Below the pieces are notes generated by a model, which saw only the letters and a program-made list of their open reading frames with translations, was not told the DNA's origin and searched no databases. The translations under genes and the position numbers were made by a program. A stretch of DNA of 64,000 bases from assembly GCA_050174015.1 (NCBI GenBank), contig JBFXKG010000003.1, positions 128,001-192,000 of the forward strand, read 5' to 3'. The stretch's first letter is position 1. Each line of letters starts with the position of its first letter. Shown here piece after piece: positions 29,241-38,536 of this stretch. Source of the DNA: Candidatus Krumholzibacteriia bacterium (lineage in GTDB: Bacteria > Krumholzibacteriota > Krumholzibacteriia > LZORAL124-64-63).

Positions 29241-30583
29241 ACGGACCGTTCCGGGGCGTCCGCCGGCAGTCTGTCTTGATCCTCGCGTTCGCCTGGCTGG
29301 CGGTGGCGGGATGCGGCCGCAAGGATGGAGGGGAAACGGTCACGCTGCGCTTCTGGGCCATGGGCCGCGAGGGGGAAGTCGTCAAGGATCTGGTGCCCGG
29401 ATTCGAGGCGCAGAACCCCGGCGTGAAGGTGGACGTGCAGCAGATCCCCTGGTCGGCCGCGCACGAGAAGTTGCTGACCGCCTTCGTCGGCCGCGCCACG
29501 CCCGACGTGGCCCAGCTGGGAAACACCTGGGTGTCTGAGTTCACGGCCCTCGAAGCTCTGGAACCGCTGGACTCCAGGGTGGCGGCCTCGACCGCCGTCC
29601 GGTTCGAGGACCACTTCCCGGGCATCTGGGAGACCAACGTGATCGACGGCGGCCTGTACGGCATTCCCTGGTACGTCGACACCCGCGTGCTCTTCTACCG
29701 CACCGACCTGCTCGAGGCCGCCGGCCATCCTCGTGCGCCGCGATCCTGGACCGGGTGGCGCGAGGCCATGGCGGCGGTCGTGCAGTTGCAGGGGCCCGGC
29801 CATTACGGCATCCTGCTGCCGTTGAACGAATGGACCCAGCCGGTGATCCTGGGCCTGCAGGGGGGATCTTCTCTGCTTGCGGCCGGCGATACCCGCGGGG
29901 CGTTCGCGCAACCGGAGTTCGCACAAGCCTTCGACTTCTACCTGGACCTGTTCCGGGACGGACTGGCCCCGCCGGTGGCCAACAACGAGGTGGCCAACCT
30001 GTACCAGGAGTTCGCCCGCGGCACCTTCGCCATGTACGTCACCGGCCCCTGGAACCTCGGCGAGTTCGCGCGCCGGCTGCCCCCCGAGCTCCAGGACGCC
30101 TGGGCCACCGCGCCGCTACCGGCCCCCGATGCGGAGGCCGCTGCCGAGCCGGGGACGCCGGGCCTGTCCCTGGCGGGGGGATCGAGCCTGGTCGTGTTCC
30201 GCGGCGGCGACCATCCGGACGAGGCCTGGCGCCTGATCGAGTTCTTGTCCCGCCCCGAGCAGCAGATCCGGTTCTTCGAGCTGACGGGCGACCTGCCCGC
30301 GCACCGCGCGGCCTGGGACGATCCGCGCCTGGCCGGCGATGCCCGCGCCTCGGCGTTCGCCGCCCAGCTCGAACGGGTGACGGCCACGCCCAAGATCCCC
30401 GAGTGGGAGCAGATCGCCAACCGGGTGTGGGAGGCGGCGGAGCAAGCCATCCGCGGGTCGGCCACGCCCGAGGAGGCCTTGAAGGACCTGGACGCCGACG
30501 TCGACCGGATGCTGGCCAAGCGGCGCTGGCTGCGGGAACACCGCGATCCGGACCCGGATGAAGCCGCAGGGAGGACGCCTTGA
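29237..30583 (+). CDS. Sugar ABC transporter substrate-binding lipoprotein
   Basis: VAGC lipobox; FWAMGREGE, QQIPWSAAHEKLLTA, PDVAQLGNTW, GIPWYVDTR. Confidence 0.9.
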   Translation: MNGPFRGVRRQSVLILAFAWLAVAGCGRKDGGETVTLRFWAMGREGEVVKDLVPGFEAQNPGVKVDVQQIPWSAAHEKLLTAFVGRATPDVAQLGNTWVSEFTALEALEPLDSRVAASTAVRFEDHFPGIWETNVIDGGLYGIPWYVDTRVLFYRTDLLEAAGHPRAPRSWTGWREAMAAVVQLQGPGHYGILLPLNEWTQPVILGLQGGSSLLAAGDTRGAFAQPEFAQAFDFYLDLFRDGLAPPVANNEVANLYQEFARGTFAMYVTGPWNLGEFARRLPPELQDAWATAPLPAPDAEAAAEPGTPGLSLAGGSSLVVFRGGDHPDEAWRLIEFLSRPEQQIRFFELTGDLPAHRAAWDDPRLAGDARASAFAAQLERVTATPKIPEWEQIANRVWEAAEQAIRGSATPEEALKDLDADVDRMLAKRRWLREHRDPDPDEAAGRTP

Positions 30584-31470
30584 GCTCCGCCCTGGAACGC
30601 AGGAAGGCCCGCGCGGCCTGGATCTTCCTCGCCCCGGCGATGATCCTCATCACGGTGTTCTTCGTGATCCCGGTGGTCGCGGGACTGCTGCTGAGCCTCA
30701 CCGATTTCGATCTGTACGCCATCTCCGATCCGGGCAACGCGCGCTTCGTCGGCCTGGACAACTACGCCCACATGCTCACGAACGCGACCTTCTGGAGCGC
30801 CCTGGGCAACACGCTGAAGTTCGTGGTGATCGGCGGGCCGCTGTCGCTGGCGGTGTCCCTGGGCGCGGCGCTGCTGGTCAACGCCCGACTGGTGCGCCTG
30901 CGCGGCCTGTTCAGGACCATCTACTTCGCGCCGGTGGTGACCACGCTGGTGTCCGTGGCCATCGTCTGGCGGTACCTCTACCACCCGCGCTACGGCCTGC
31001 TGAACTGGGGGCTGGGACTGGTGGGAATCGAGCCGGTGGACTGGCTGGGCGACCCGCGCTGGGCCATGCCCGCCATCATCCTCCTCGCGGTGTGGAAGAA
31101 CTTCGGCTACAACATGCTCATCTTCGTCGCGGGGCTCCAGATGATCCCGCGCGAGCTCTACGAGGCCGCCGCGATCGACGGCGCGGGTTCGGTGCGCCGC
31201 TTCCTGCACATCACCCTGCCGGGCCTGGCGCCGACCTTCCTGTTCGTCAGCGTCACGACCATGATCGGCTACTTCCAGCTCTTCGCCGAACCGTACGTGA
31301 TGACCCAAGGCGGTCCCCTGGGGGCCACGCGCAGCCTGGTGCTCTTCATGTACGAGGAGGGATTCCGCTGGTGGCGCATGGGCGCCGCCTCGTCCGTCGC
31401 CGTCCTGCTGCTGCTGATCACCCTGGCGGGAACGCTGGTGCAGCTGCGCTGGGTCAGGAGGGAGACGTGA
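30580..31470 (+). CDS. Carbohydrate ABC permease (MalF-like)
   Basis: FVGLDNY, WKNFGYNMLIFVAGLQ, LYEAAAIDGA. Confidence 0.92.
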   Translation: MSSALERRKARAAWIFLAPAMILITVFFVIPVVAGLLLSLTDFDLYAISDPGNARFVGLDNYAHMLTNATFWSALGNTLKFVVIGGPLSLAVSLGAALLVNARLVRLRGLFRTIYFAPVVTTLVSVAIVWRYLYHPRYGLLNWGLGLVGIEPVDWLGDPRWAMPAIILLAVWKNFGYNMLIFVAGLQMIPRELYEAAAIDGAGSVRRFLHITLPGLAPTFLFVSVTTMIGYFQLFAEPYVMTQGGPLGATRSLVLFMYEEGFRWWRMGAASSVAVLLLLITLAGTLVQLRWVRRET

Positions 31471-32291
31471 GCCGCCGTCGCTGGGGATCGATCATCCTGC
31501 ATGCGGGCCTCACGGCCGGCGCCGTGCTGACCCTGGCGCCCCTGTTCTGGATGGTGGCCGCCTCGTTCATGCATCCGGGCGAGGCCAACCAGATGCCGCC
31601 GCCGCTGTGGTCGTCGTCGCCCACCCTGGACAACTACCGCCAGCTCTTCACGCGTCTGGACATGCTGCGCAACTTCACCAACAGCGCGGTGGTGACCGTG
31701 CTGGCCACGGTGCTGTCGGTGATGGTCACCTCGCTGGCGGGCTACGCCTTCGCCAAGCTGCCTTTCGGTGGCCGCGAACGCCTGTTCAAGGCGCTGGCCT
31801 CCGCACTGGTGGTGCCGGCGCAGGTGGGGATGTTGCCGCTATTCCTGGTGCTGCGCGAGCTGGGGCTGGTCAACACCTATGCGGGCGTGCTCGTCCCCTA
31901 CGTCGCGAGCATCTTCGGGATCTTCCTGATCCGCCAGTACGCCCTGGGCGTCTCGGACGAGCTGCTCGACGCCGCCCGCATCGAGGGCGCCGGCGAGTTC
32001 GCGATCTTCCGGCTGGTGGCCCTGCCCATCATCAAGCCCATCCTGGTCACCCTGGCCGCGTTCACCTTCCTCAACGCCTGGAACGACTTCATGTGGCCGC
32101 TGATCGTCCTCTCGGACAGCGGCATGTACACCCTGCCGGTGGCGCTGGCCAACCTGGTCGGCGAGCACGTGCAGGACACCGAGCTGATGATGGCCGGTTC
32201 CCTGCTGACCATCCTGCCGGCCCTGATCGTGTTCCTGATCTTCCAGCGCACCTACGTCGAGGGCATCATGGCCGGAGGGGTGAAGGGATGA
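31467..32291 (+). CDS. Carbohydrate ABC permease (MalG-like)
   Basis: AGYAFAKL, ELLDAARIEGA, WNDFMWPL, EGIMAGGVKG; GTG start overlaps the previous stop. Confidence 0.92.
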   Translation: MSRRRWGSIILHAGLTAGAVLTLAPLFWMVAASFMHPGEANQMPPPLWSSSPTLDNYRQLFTRLDMLRNFTNSAVVTVLATVLSVMVTSLAGYAFAKLPFGGRERLFKALASALVVPAQVGMLPLFLVLRELGLVNTYAGVLVPYVASIFGIFLIRQYALGVSDELLDAARIEGAGEFAIFRLVALPIIKPILVTLAAFTFLNAWNDFMWPLIVLSDSGMYTLPVALANLVGEHVQDTELMMAGSLLTILPALIVFLIFQRTYVEGIMAGGVKG

Positions 32292-35200
32292 GGTCGGTCG
32301 CGCCGGTTCTTCTGCTCGGATTGCTGATCTCGGGGGGTGGATGCGGGGAGAGCGGGCCGGTCCGCCTCGGCGAACCGGCCGCCTGGACCGCTCATCCGGC
32401 CGACGGGGTGCAGCTCGCGCTGAGCGACGATGGGGGCGCCCTGCGCCTGGACTTCGGCTTCAGTGGCGGGGGCTACGCCATCGCCCGCCGTGACGTCGAT
32501 CTGGATCTGCCCGCGAACTACGTGTTCCGGTTCCGCCTGCGGGGCGAGGCGCCCGCCAATCACCTCGAGTTCAAGCTGGTCGACGACTCGGGAGAGAACG
32601 TCTGGTGGCACGTGGATCGCGACGTGGTCTGGCCCACCGAATGGAAGACGGTCACCATCAAGAAGCGCAAGATCGGCTTCGCCTGGGGCCCGGTGGGCGG
32701 GGGCGAGATCGCCCACGTCGCCGCGATCGAGTTCGCTGTGACCGCAGGCAGCGGAGGCGAGGGAACGGTGTGGATCGACGGTCTGGAGCTGGTGCCCCTG
32801 CCGGAAGTGATGGACCCGCCGCCCGCGCCGGTGGCCGTGGCGACCTCGCAGGAAGCAGGCTGCGACCCAGCCTTCGTTCTCGACGGTGACCCGGGGACCT
32901 GGTGGGCGCCAGCGGCTGACGATGTTCAGCCGGCCTTGACCCTCGACCTGGGCCTACCCCGGGAATTCGGCGGGGTCACGCTGTGGTGGGCGCCCGGCCG
33001 CCCGGCCGCCGATTACGTGGTCGAGGGATCGGATGACGGCGAAGCCTGGACGGTCTTGCAGACCTTCACAGGCGGTAACGGCGGAACCGACGACCTGTTC
33101 CTGCCCGAGAGCGAGTGGCGCCGGGTGCGGCTGGCGCTCGGGGCACCCGGCGGCGGGCTTGCGCCCGCACTGGCGGAGTTCGTCCTGCAACCCCTGGAAT
33201 GGTCGGCCACCCGCGAGGCGTTCTTCATGGACATCGCGGGGCGCGCCCGGCGCGGGCTCTATCCGCGGGGGTTTCTCGGCGAGCCCACGGCCTGGACGAT
33301 GGTGGGAGCTGACCACGACGCCCGCGAAGGACTGCTGGGGGCAGAGGGCGCGCTGGAGGCCGGGCCCGGGGGATTCTCGATCGAGCCCTTCCTTTGGACG
33401 GGCGGGCGGTTGCTCACCTGGCAGGATGGCGTCCGTGCTGCGCGCCTCGAGGAGGGCGACCTTCCGATCCCCTCCGTCATCCGTGACACGGGTTCCTGGC
33501 GGCTGGTGATCACCGCCCTCGGTGCGGGCGAGCCCGGGCAGTCCGGACTGCTGGCCCGCTACCGCCTGGAGAACCGCGGCGCGGCGACCGATTCGGCCAC
33601 CCTGTTCCTGGCGGTGCGACCCTTCCAGGTCAATCCGCCGGTCCAGTTCCTCAACATCCGGGGCGGCTGTTCCCGCATCGGGACCATCGCCAGGGATGGA
33701 CGCACCCTCCTGGTGGACGGCGAACCGCGCGTCATCCTGCCGCGCGAGCCCGACGGTTTCGGGGCCACGGCATTCGCGGGGGGGATGGTGGTCCCGGATT
33801 TCCTGGAGAACGGCCGCTTACCAGAAGGCGGAACTGTGGACGATCCCTTCAGCGCCGCCTCCGCGGCGGCGGCCTATCATCTCGAACTGGAACCGGGGGA
33901 GTCGGCGGTCCTCCACGCATGGTTGGCCATGTATCCCTACGCGCCGGTGCCCGACCTCAGCGACCCCGATCCCATCCTCATGCAGGCCGTGGCCGGCTGG
34001 CGTTCGTCCCTCGACAGGGTGACGATCACGGGCCCTGCCGCGGCGGCCGAGGCGATCGCCTCCCTCAAGGCCCAGGTCGGGTGGATCCTCGTCAATCGGG
34101 CGGAGCAGCGCATCCAGCCCGGTGCGCGCTCGTACGCGCGGTCCTGGATCCGTGATGGTGCTTTGACCGGGGTCGCCCTCCTGCGGATGGGCCACCCCGA
34201 GGCCGTGCGGGAGTTCCTGGAGTGGTTCGCGCCCCACCAGTACGACAACGGCAAGATCCCCTGCGTGGTGGACTGGCGGGGCGCCGACCCGGTGCCCGAG
34301 CACGATTCCACCGGCGAGTTCATCCACCTGGCCTCCGAGTACTACCGCTACACGGGTGACCGCGCGGTGCTGGAGACCATGTGGCCTCGCATCCTTCTGG
34401 GCGTGGAGTACCTGGAATCCCTGCTGGATGAGCGGCGCACCCCCGAGTACGAGGGGTCCGCCTTCTACGGCATCCTGCCCCCGTCGATCAGCCACGAGGG
34501 CTATTCCGCCAAGCCCATGCACTCGTACTGGGACGACTTCTGGGCGTTGCGCGGCCTGAAGGACGCGGCCCGCCTGGCGCTGGATTTCGAGCCCGCTCGG
34601 GTGGCCGACCTCGCGGCGAAGCGCGACCGGTTCGCCGCCGACTTAAAGTACTCGGTTGCCGCGGCCATGGCCCTGCACGGGATCGACTACGTGCCCGGAT
34701 GCGCGGACCTCGGCGACTTCGACGCCACCTCGACGACCATCGCCCTGGATCCCGCGGCCGCGGAGAATCTGCTGCCGCCCGGCGCCCTGGAGCGCACCTT
34801 CGAACGGTACTGGGACTTCTTCGCCGGCCGGCGCGACGGCGAGCCCTGGGACGCCTTCACCCCGTACGAGATCCGAAACATCGGGGCCTGCGTGCGCCTC
34901 GGTTGGCGCGACCGGGTCCAGGACCTGCTGGCCTTCTTCCTGGATCACCGAACCCCTGCCGGCTGGCGCCAGTGGGCCGAGGTGGTGGGCAGCGATCCGG
35001 ACCACGCCCGCTTCATCGGGGACATGCCCCACACCTGGGTGGGCTCGGACTACGTCCGCAGCTGCCTCGACCTGTTCGTCTACGAGGAGGGTGTGGCCGG
35101 ACCGGACGGTCCGGCCCTGGTGCTGGGGGCGGGGGTTCCGGCGGAATGGCTTGGCGGCAAGGGTATCCGTGTCGGCGGTTTGCCCACTCCCTACGGTTCC

Positions 35201-35398
35201 ATCTCATACCACCTGTGGCAGGATGGAAACGCGGTCATCCTCGAACTGGAGCCTGGCGCCGGCCCCCCGGGGGGCTTCGTCCTCGATCCGCCGCTGCCGG
35301 GTGCGCCGGTGCGGATAACGGGAGCGCCGGAAGAGAAGGATGGCCGGGGGAGGGTCGTGGTCAGGGAGGGGCCGGTGAGGGTGAGGTGGGAGTTCTAA
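32288..35398 (+). CDS. Lipoprotein with CBM-like and discoidin (F5/8 type C) domains and a C-terminal (alpha/alpha)6 glycoside-hydrolase-like domain
   Basis: GGGC lipobox; LDGDPGTWW...LTLDLG discoidin motif; YARSWIRDG, EHDSTGE, PSISHEGY, HSYWDDFW, GDMPHTWV. Confidence 0.75.
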   Translation: MRSVAPVLLLGLLISGGGCGESGPVRLGEPAAWTAHPADGVQLALSDDGGALRLDFGFSGGGYAIARRDVDLDLPANYVFRFRLRGEAPANHLEFKLVDDSGENVWWHVDRDVVWPTEWKTVTIKKRKIGFAWGPVGGGEIAHVAAIEFAVTAGSGGEGTVWIDGLELVPLPEVMDPPPAPVAVATSQEAGCDPAFVLDGDPGTWWAPAADDVQPALTLDLGLPREFGGVTLWWAPGRPAADYVVEGSDDGEAWTVLQTFTGGNGGTDDLFLPESEWRRVRLALGAPGGGLAPALAEFVLQPLEWSATREAFFMDIAGRARRGLYPRGFLGEPTAWTMVGADHDAREGLLGAEGALEAGPGGFSIEPFLWTGGRLLTWQDGVRAARLEEGDLPIPSVIRDTGSWRLVITALGAGEPGQSGLLARYRLENRGAATDSATLFLAVRPFQVNPPVQFLNIRGGCSRIGTIARDGRTLLVDGEPRVILPREPDGFGATAFAGGMVVPDFLENGRLPEGGTVDDPFSAASAAAAYHLELEPGESAVLHAWLAMYPYAPVPDLSDPDPILMQAVAGWRSSLDRVTITGPAAAAEAIASLKAQVGWILVNRAEQRIQPGARSYARSWIRDGALTGVALLRMGHPEAVREFLEWFAPHQYDNGKIPCVVDWRGADPVPEHDSTGEFIHLASEYYRYTGDRAVLETMWPRILLGVEYLESLLDERRTPEYEGSAFYGILPPSISHEGYSAKPMHSYWDDFWALRGLKDAARLALDFEPARVADLAAKRDRFAADLKYSVAAAMALHGIDYVPGCADLGDFDATSTTIALDPAAAENLLPPGALERTFERYWDFFAGRRDGEPWDAFTPYEIRNIGACVRLGWRDRVQDLLAFFLDHRTPAGWRQWAEVVGSDPDHARFIGDMPHTWVGSDYVRSCLDLFVYEEGVAGPDGPALVLGAGVPAEWLGGKGIRVGGLPTPYGSISYHLWQDGNAVILELEPGAGPPGGFVLDPPLPGAPVRITGAPEEKDGRGRVVVREGPVRVRWEF

Positions 35399-37828
35399 CT
35401 TGAATAGTCAGGGTCCCCCACATTTCAAGGTAGTGGGTCTAAGTCGGAAACAAAAAAAGGACAAGCCTACCTTACCATTACCATTCGGCCTGTCTGCTTA
35501 TGCCCGCCGGATTCAAGGAGGTAGAAGTACACACCGGCTGCAACCGTTCGCCCGCGGTCGTCACGGCCATCCCAGTAGGCTTGGTGAATTCCTGCATCCA
35601 AGGTATTTCCGGAAATCAGTGTTTTGATTTGCCGTCCCAAAATGTCATAAACGATCAAGCTCGTTGGCCCAAAATCATGTAGCGAAAAACTAATCGTCGT
35701 ACTGGGATGGAATGGATTAGGGTCGGAACTGGTAACGAAATTAGCTTCTTTATCAAGTTTGGAGCCTTTTACCATCCCAAAATTTTGTTTTTCCGTTTGA
35801 TCTGAACACTGAACCGGGGTAACAATGAATTGAGCTTCACCCCCCGTTTCCTGGCAATAAAACACGTTCTCGCCAAAAACATCCAAACCTGAAATCCCAT
35901 ACCCCCCAATTGTCCCGATCATCTTTGGCGCTGCCGGATCGGCAATTGATATTACCAGAATATTCAATTCAATATCGGCACCACCACCTCCTGATAAATA
36001 AGAGTAAAGAACATCCCCGTAACCACACGTGGATGTGATCCGAGGCAAGGGATTGAAAGTGCCTGCAGTAAAGGGGTGCTGAATATCCGAAATGTCGATG
36101 ATACGAATTCCAGCATAATCTTGGGAAATAATGGCAAATTCTCCGTTCAGAAAAATATCTGCACACCGGGCAACTGTTGAAATTCGGCTCAGCACAGTTG
36201 GGTTGAAAATGTCGGATACATCAAGCATTAGCAATTCCGTAGAATCACCGACGAACGCAACCCTCTCTCGCATTTCCAATGAAGAGGGGTATTCGGTCAG
36301 TTCATAGGTCGAACCTAATACCGGTAATGCTGGATCACTGATGTCTACTGCAACTGCATGACCGTTCACGATAACCACCATTCGGTCGCCAGATACGGCC
36401 AACCGATTGGCATTTCCATCGATGAGTCCCCGAAATTTCCTGATGGGACCGACTTCCGGCTTATATTGATAAATAGAGAGGTAACATTTTTGTTCAATAA
36501 AATCCTTTTCAATCGCAAAAATCCACGAGTCCTGGATGGCTACGTCATAAGTAGCCAAAAAACCGTATTCGCTGGGTGTTTGGTACTCAATAAAAGAGGC
36601 TGATGGGTCTGAAATGTTTACAAAATACTTTGTTCCTGTTCCGTACAATAGGACCCTGTCATGGTTTGCAGCAACCCGAAAAGATCTCCAAGGCGAAAAG
36701 GAAAGACCGATGTTTTCTGGCTCAGTTGCCGGGTTGGTTGCATTGAAAACCTGCATGCCTGAATAATATCTTGTTGAAACACAGACGATCCCATCATCGA
36801 CGCCGATTTCAGTAGCGGAATCCACTACAGCCCGGTATCCAAGTTTAACCGGGGACTGGGGGTTGGAGACATCAACGGAGTAAATCCCGCTGATATAGCC
36901 ACTCCCTGCGCCGTCTGCTATGTACAATACACTATCGTCTATATCAAGTCCGACCGCCAAGGACGCTGTATTGAATTCACTAACGACTCTCGGCGCATCC
37001 GGGCTTGAAATATCCAGAACAACGACGCCAATGGATCCGGCGGCAACATATGCAGTTTCACCGTCGATCAGAATGTCCAAGGGTTCTCGGTATCCGATCT
37101 CCACTGATCCCAAGAAGATTGGATTCACGGGATCGTCCAGGGCCCAAAAACTGACTAACCCGACATCTTCGCATATGGCGAAAACCCCATTTCCATAACC
37201 GACGCCAATTCCATTTCCGCTTGTCGGAATCATCCCCACAACGATGGGTCTATCGAGGTTCCGAACATCCACGATCACCGGAATGTTGCGTGGGCATGCC
37301 AGAACGGCAACCTCACTTGTCGCGGCAACATCCACCGGCCGACAACCCACGTCCGTTTGGGAAATCAGAGCAGGAGAATACGGATCAGAAATATTGACGA
37401 TACCAAGAAATCCAACATCACCGGTCCCGTATTCGGATATAAAAATATGATTGCCTATCAAATCCATTCCTTCAGTAAAAATATTGAGATTAACCGAACC
37501 GATCTCCCTCGGGGTTTCTGGGTTCGAAATGTCAACCGCAACTAATCCGGATCGAGAAATATATGCCAAATTCCCAGTGACGATCACATCTGCCTCAATG
37601 CTCCTGCTGGGAAGGCTGTTCAGCCAGTGCATATAGTTGCCATAATCCAAACACGCATCTTCGGCGAAGCTGGACAGAGTGGAACAGGCAATGGCCAAAG
37701 CAAGTATAACCATTATTTTTCTCATTGTGATTCCCCCAAAATGGTAAGCAATACATTTTGCTTGATTCAATGTTAACACAAAATTTCTGGTTTTTGGGGT
37801 TTATCCGGGAAATTGGAGCATATTTCCA
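35399..37828. other. Low-GC single-gene island between convergent operons
   Basis: GC drops abruptly to roughly 45% (by eye) from about 70%, with sharp borders at the two flanking stop codons. Confidence 0.8.
35467..37725 (-). CDS. Secreted LVIVD-repeat (beta-propeller) protein with FlgD-Ig/T9SS-like CTD
   Basis: MRKIMVILALAIAC signal; many (V/I)D(I/V)S(N/D)P..P repeats; PNPFHP...WDGRDDRGRTVAAGVYF. Confidence 0.85.
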   Translation of the reverse strand: MRKIMVILALAIACSTLSSFAEDACLDYGNYMHWLNSLPSRSIEADVIVTGNLAYISRSGLVAVDISNPETPREIGSVNLNIFTEGMDLIGNHIFISEYGTGDVGFLGIVNISDPYSPALISQTDVGCRPVDVAATSEVAVLACPRNIPVIVDVRNLDRPIVVGMIPTSGNGIGVGYGNGVFAICEDVGLVSFWALDDPVNPIFLGSVEIGYREPLDILIDGETAYVAAGSIGVVVLDISSPDAPRVVSEFNTASLAVGLDIDDSVLYIADGAGSGYISGIYSVDVSNPQSPVKLGYRAVVDSATEIGVDDGIVCVSTRYYSGMQVFNATNPATEPENIGLSFSPWRSFRVAANHDRVLLYGTGTKYFVNISDPSASFIEYQTPSEYGFLATYDVAIQDSWIFAIEKDFIEQKCYLSIYQYKPEVGPIRKFRGLIDGNANRLAVSGDRMVVIVNGHAVAVDISDPALPVLGSTYELTEYPSSLEMRERVAFVGDSTELLMLDVSDIFNPTVLSRISTVARCADIFLNGEFAIISQDYAGIRIIDISDIQHPFTAGTFNPLPRITSTCGYGDVLYSYLSGGGGADIELNILVISIADPAAPKMIGTIGGYGISGLDVFGENVFYCQETGGEAQFIVTPVQCSDQTEKQNFGMVKGSKLDKEANFVTSSDPNPFHPSTTISFSLHDFGPTSLIVYDILGRQIKTLISGNTLDAGIHQAYWDGRDDRGRTVAAGVYFYLLESGGHKQTGRMVMVR

Positions 37829-38536
37829 TCACTTTGAACTCAGGCCCAGCGCCTCCCTCACCCCCCTGGTCCACACCGCATATCCCTCCGCATTCAGGTG
37901 CAGCCCGTCCTCGAGGAAAAGTTCGGGGCGCGGTTTGCCGTCAGGCCCGAGCATGGGCGAGGCGACGTCGATGAACTGCAGAAGGGAATCCGTGGCGCAC
38001 TGCGCAGCCATCAGCGCGTTGGCCTTCTCCATGGCCGGCCACTTGTCCCAGCGCGCGATGCTGGGCTTGATGGACAGCAGGTGGATCCGCGTGCCGGGCA
38101 GGGCCCCGCGCACCCGCAGGACGAGCGCGCCGAAGACGTCGCTCACCTGCTCGGGCGGCACCCCGAAGTCGATGTCGTTGTCGCCTTCGTACAGGAGGAT
38201 GTCCGAGGGCCGGTAGGGCACCACGATGCGGCCCGCGAAGTACAGCACGTCGAGCATGGTGCTGCCCCCGAACCCGCGGGGGATGACCACGAGCGGCGCG
38301 AGATCCTGCGCGATGGTGCCGTGCCACATGCGTATGCTCGAGCTGCCGATGCAGAGCCAGGCGTCCGCGGGCGGAAACGCGACCCTGTCCTCGGCCTCGA
38401 TGGCCGCCACGTCGCCCTCGAACCGGGTGGGGTCGGGATAGAACGTCGCCTCCTCGCTGTCCTGGCCGAAAACGGTCCCGATCGCCGCGGCCCCCAGCAG
38501 AAGGGCCACGACCGAAAGCACATTCAGGATCCTCAT
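37829..38536 (-). CDS. Exported SGNH/GDSL-family esterase
   Basis: Blocks GSSS, RGFGGS, YEGDND, DGLH; signal peptide; overlaps the GH1 stop. Confidence 0.88.
   Translation of the reverse strand: MRILNVLSVVALLLGAAAIGTVFGQDSEEATFYPDPTRFEGDVAAIEAEDRVAFPPADAWLCIGSSSIRMWHGTIAQDLAPLVVIPRGFGGSTMLDVLYFAGRIVVPYRPSDILLYEGDNDIDFGVPPEQVSDVFGALVLRVRGALPGTRIHLLSIKPSIARWDKWPAMEKANALMAAQCATDSLLQFIDVASPMLGPDGKPRPELFLEDGLHLNAEGYAVWTRGVREALGLSSK

Noticed and set aside
35391..35466. Possible integron attC site or IS end (GTTCTAAC; GGTAGTGGGTCTAAGT at 35429-35444) at the island border
   Set aside because: No proper RYYYAAC/GTTRRRY pair, no matching inverted repeat at the other border, and no integrase or transposase
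35397..37844. Imperfect direct repeat ACTTGAATAGTCAGG / ACTTTGAACTCAGG at the island ends
   Set aside because: Too short and gapped to call a target-site duplication
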